A program made the translations under genes and the position numbers. A model generated the notes under the pieces. It was not told the origin of the DNA, searched no databases, and saw only the letters and a program-made list of their open reading frames with translations. A stretch of 16,150 bases of DNA from Candidatus Micrarchaeota archaeon (lineage in GTDB: Archaea; B1Sed10-29). Each line of letters starts with the position of its first letter. The first letter of the stretch is position 1. Where the stretch lies: the NCBI GenBank assembly GCA_964388265.1, contig CAYLXZ010000014.1:1-16150 (forward strand), in the 5' to 3' direction. Positions 14,563 through 16,150 of the stretch are shown here, piece after piece.

Positions 14563-15615
14563 CTATCTTTTGATCTTCCACCAGTACTTCAGTAGCAGTG
14601 GCCAGAGTCTTGGTTTCTTCATTACTTCTTTCTTAAGTCTAGCGGTGTGTTCCATGTCTCCGTGTTCCTCTATAACTTCGTCAAGGCTGTGTTTATTGAT
14701 TTTATTTATCAGTTTCTCTATGTTAGTGGAGTTCAGGAACTTTCTTACTTTCAGGTGGTTAAGGAGATCTGGATAGATGTTTTTCTTGTATTTCTTTCTG
14801 TATATCTTCATTTTTTCATCTTTAATCGCTTCCGATAGGTACTCTGATGATCTGCAGCCCATTACTACTCCTCCTCCTGTTGTGGCTTTCACTTGCCCGG
14901 CTGCATCTCCTACTAGAGCCCATTCTTCTCCTGTTATCTTCTTTCCTGGGTTGAATATGGGTATTGGAGAGGATTCCTTTCTCTCCACGTCGTTCAACTG
15001 TATTTCTTCTTTTCTGATGAATTCCTTGAACGCTTTCTCTGGATTTCTCTTCGTGCCTATTCCTATCTTGGCTTTTCCTTGGGTGTATGGTATTCTCCAT
15101 GCGAAGAACTCGGGAGCGTATTCTCCAAAGTATAGATCTACTTTGTCTCTATCTCCTTCGTAGTTCGCTATTACTTGGTAGGTGTTATATGTCTGGTTCT
15201 CTGTGGATTTTTCTCGAGCTACTTGGGAAAGAGCTCCGTCCGCGCCAACCAGGAACCCTTTACTTTTCTCTTCTTCTGGTTTCCAGGTTTCACCTAGCCG
15301 AAACTCCGCTCCTTTGTCTCTTGCTTTCTCTCTTGTGTTTTCTTTGAGTTTCACCATGTCTAGTACGTATGCTTGTGTGTTTTTCTTCTCTACTATGAAT
15401 GATTTGTTTCCTGCGTGTATTTCGGCGTTGTTAACTTCATTCACGATGGCTTCTTTGTAGGGTAGATCGAGTTCTTCCAGTCCTCTCTTTGATATGAGTC
15501 CTCCACAGGGTTTCCTGGATATGTCTTGGTTTTTTTCTATGATTTTTGCTTTTTCACCTAGCTTTGTGGCTAGGTAGCTTCCGATTATTCCTCCGCCTAT
15601 TATCTTTGTCTCCAT
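14563..15615 (-). CDS. Geranylgeranyl reductase family FAD-dependent oxidoreductase
   Basis: IIGGGIIG dinucleotide-binding motif, KPCGGLIS, GADG, FAWRIP and VGDAAGQVKATTGGGV. ATG 15615 preferred over 15633. Confidence 0.88.
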   Translation of the reverse strand: METKIIGGGIIGSYLATKLGEKAKIIEKNQDISRKPCGGLISKRGLEELDLPYKEAIVNEVNNAEIHAGNKSFIVEKKNTQAYVLDMVKLKENTREKARDKGAEFRLGETWKPEEEKSKGFLVGADGALSQVAREKSTENQTYNTYQVIANYEGDRDKVDLYFGEYAPEFFAWRIPYTQGKAKIGIGTKRNPEKAFKEFIRKEEIQLNDVERKESSPIPIFNPGKKITGEEWALVGDAAGQVKATTGGGVVMGCRSSEYLSEAIKDEKMKIYRKKYKKNIYPDLLNHLKVRKFLNSTNIEKLINKINKHSLDEVIEEHGDMEHTARLKKEVMKKPRLWPLLLKYWWKIKR

Positions 15616-15804
15616 GGTATCCCTTGTGTACATTAATTAAGAGGTGGATTAAATAGTTAAAGTAGGATTTATGCTCTATCAGGAGAAGTAATTTGCAGGG
15701 GTTTAATGAGATTGACTGTTTTTCACTGTTTTTAGTTAGTTTTGGTTAAATTAGATTTATATCTGTGGTTGAATAAAGATTTAGATAGGTTTATATCTTC
15801 AGAA

Positions 15805-15874
15805 GAAAGGTTTTTAAGTAAAGAAGACACAAATATGAAATAAGTATGAATTAAATATGAATTAGGTATGAATA
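15805..15874 (+). promoter_or_regulatory. BRE/TATA promoter followed by 4 x 11-bp tandem operator repeats
   Basis: GAAAGGTTTTTAAG (15805-15818), then AAATATGAAAT, AAGTATGAATT, AAATATGAATT, AGGTATGAATA (15831-15874), then an AGGTGA RBS. Confidence 0.75.
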
Positions 15875-15883
15875 GGTGATTTG

Positions 15884-16123
15884 ATGATAACTCGAAAAAT
15901 AGGAGCAAGAGGACAAATAACCATCCCAAAACAGATAAGGGAGAAGAAGAACCTGGAAAAAGGAGATGAACTAGAAGTGACCGAGAGAGGCAAGGAGATA
16001 GTTTTCAGGAAGAAGGTAGATAAGGAGAAACTCAAAGAAGGATATAAAAAGAACTCGGAAAGAGATAAAAAGCTAGCAGAGGAAATGATAGCCGCATCCA
16101 GCGAAGCAATAGCAGAAGAGTGA
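15884..16123 (+). CDS. AbrB/MazE/SpoVT-family DNA-binding protein (antitoxin-like)
   Basis: RKIGARGQITIPKQIREKKNLEKGDELEV and C-terminal LKEGY...LAEEM. Start is ATG 15884 or TTG 15881. Confidence 0.88.
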   Translation: MITRKIGARGQITIPKQIREKKNLEKGDELEVTERGKEIVFRKKVDKEKLKEGYKKNSERDKKLAEEMIAASSEAIAEE

Positions 16124-16150
16124 TTAAATAGAGATAAAATTCTCTCTAAT

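Noticed and set aside
14489..14776. Plus-strand 95-aa ORF and 15732-15929 minus-strand ORF
   Set aside because: Both are largely antisense to real genes or promoters and have no recognisable motifs.

Overview
Archaeal DNA (BRE/TATA promoters, GGTGA ribosome-binding sites, class III signal peptides; the lineage cannot be fixed from sequence, though DPANN-like is plausible). The left 12.6 kb is a minus-strand type IV pilus (Tad/Pil-like) locus: a pilin fused to part of a LamG domain, a secreted multi-LamG adhesin, a minor pilin, a VirB11/FlaI-type assembly ATPase with a 443-aa LAGLIDADG intein, two TadB/TadC-type platform proteins and another pilin. The locus is interrupted at about 6384-9199 by a plus-strand insert of two similarly built units. 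Each unit is a copy of the adhesin gene's 3' end, then an IS200/IS605-type element, then an identical CAAAGGTTTAAATA promoter, then cargo. Unit 1 has a 463-bp protein-free element with an omegaRNA-like interior and carries a COG1373 AAA ATPase-nuclease. Unit 2 has a 46-bp left-end/right-end hybrid and carries an AbrB-VapC pair. The right part holds uppS, a wHTH-MNT/HEPN pair, a geranylgeranyl reductase family gene and an AbrB/MazE gene. The most novel-looking signals are this cassette array and a pilin-LamG gene apparently split by an inserted LamG module. All family calls come from motif recognition; no database searches were run.
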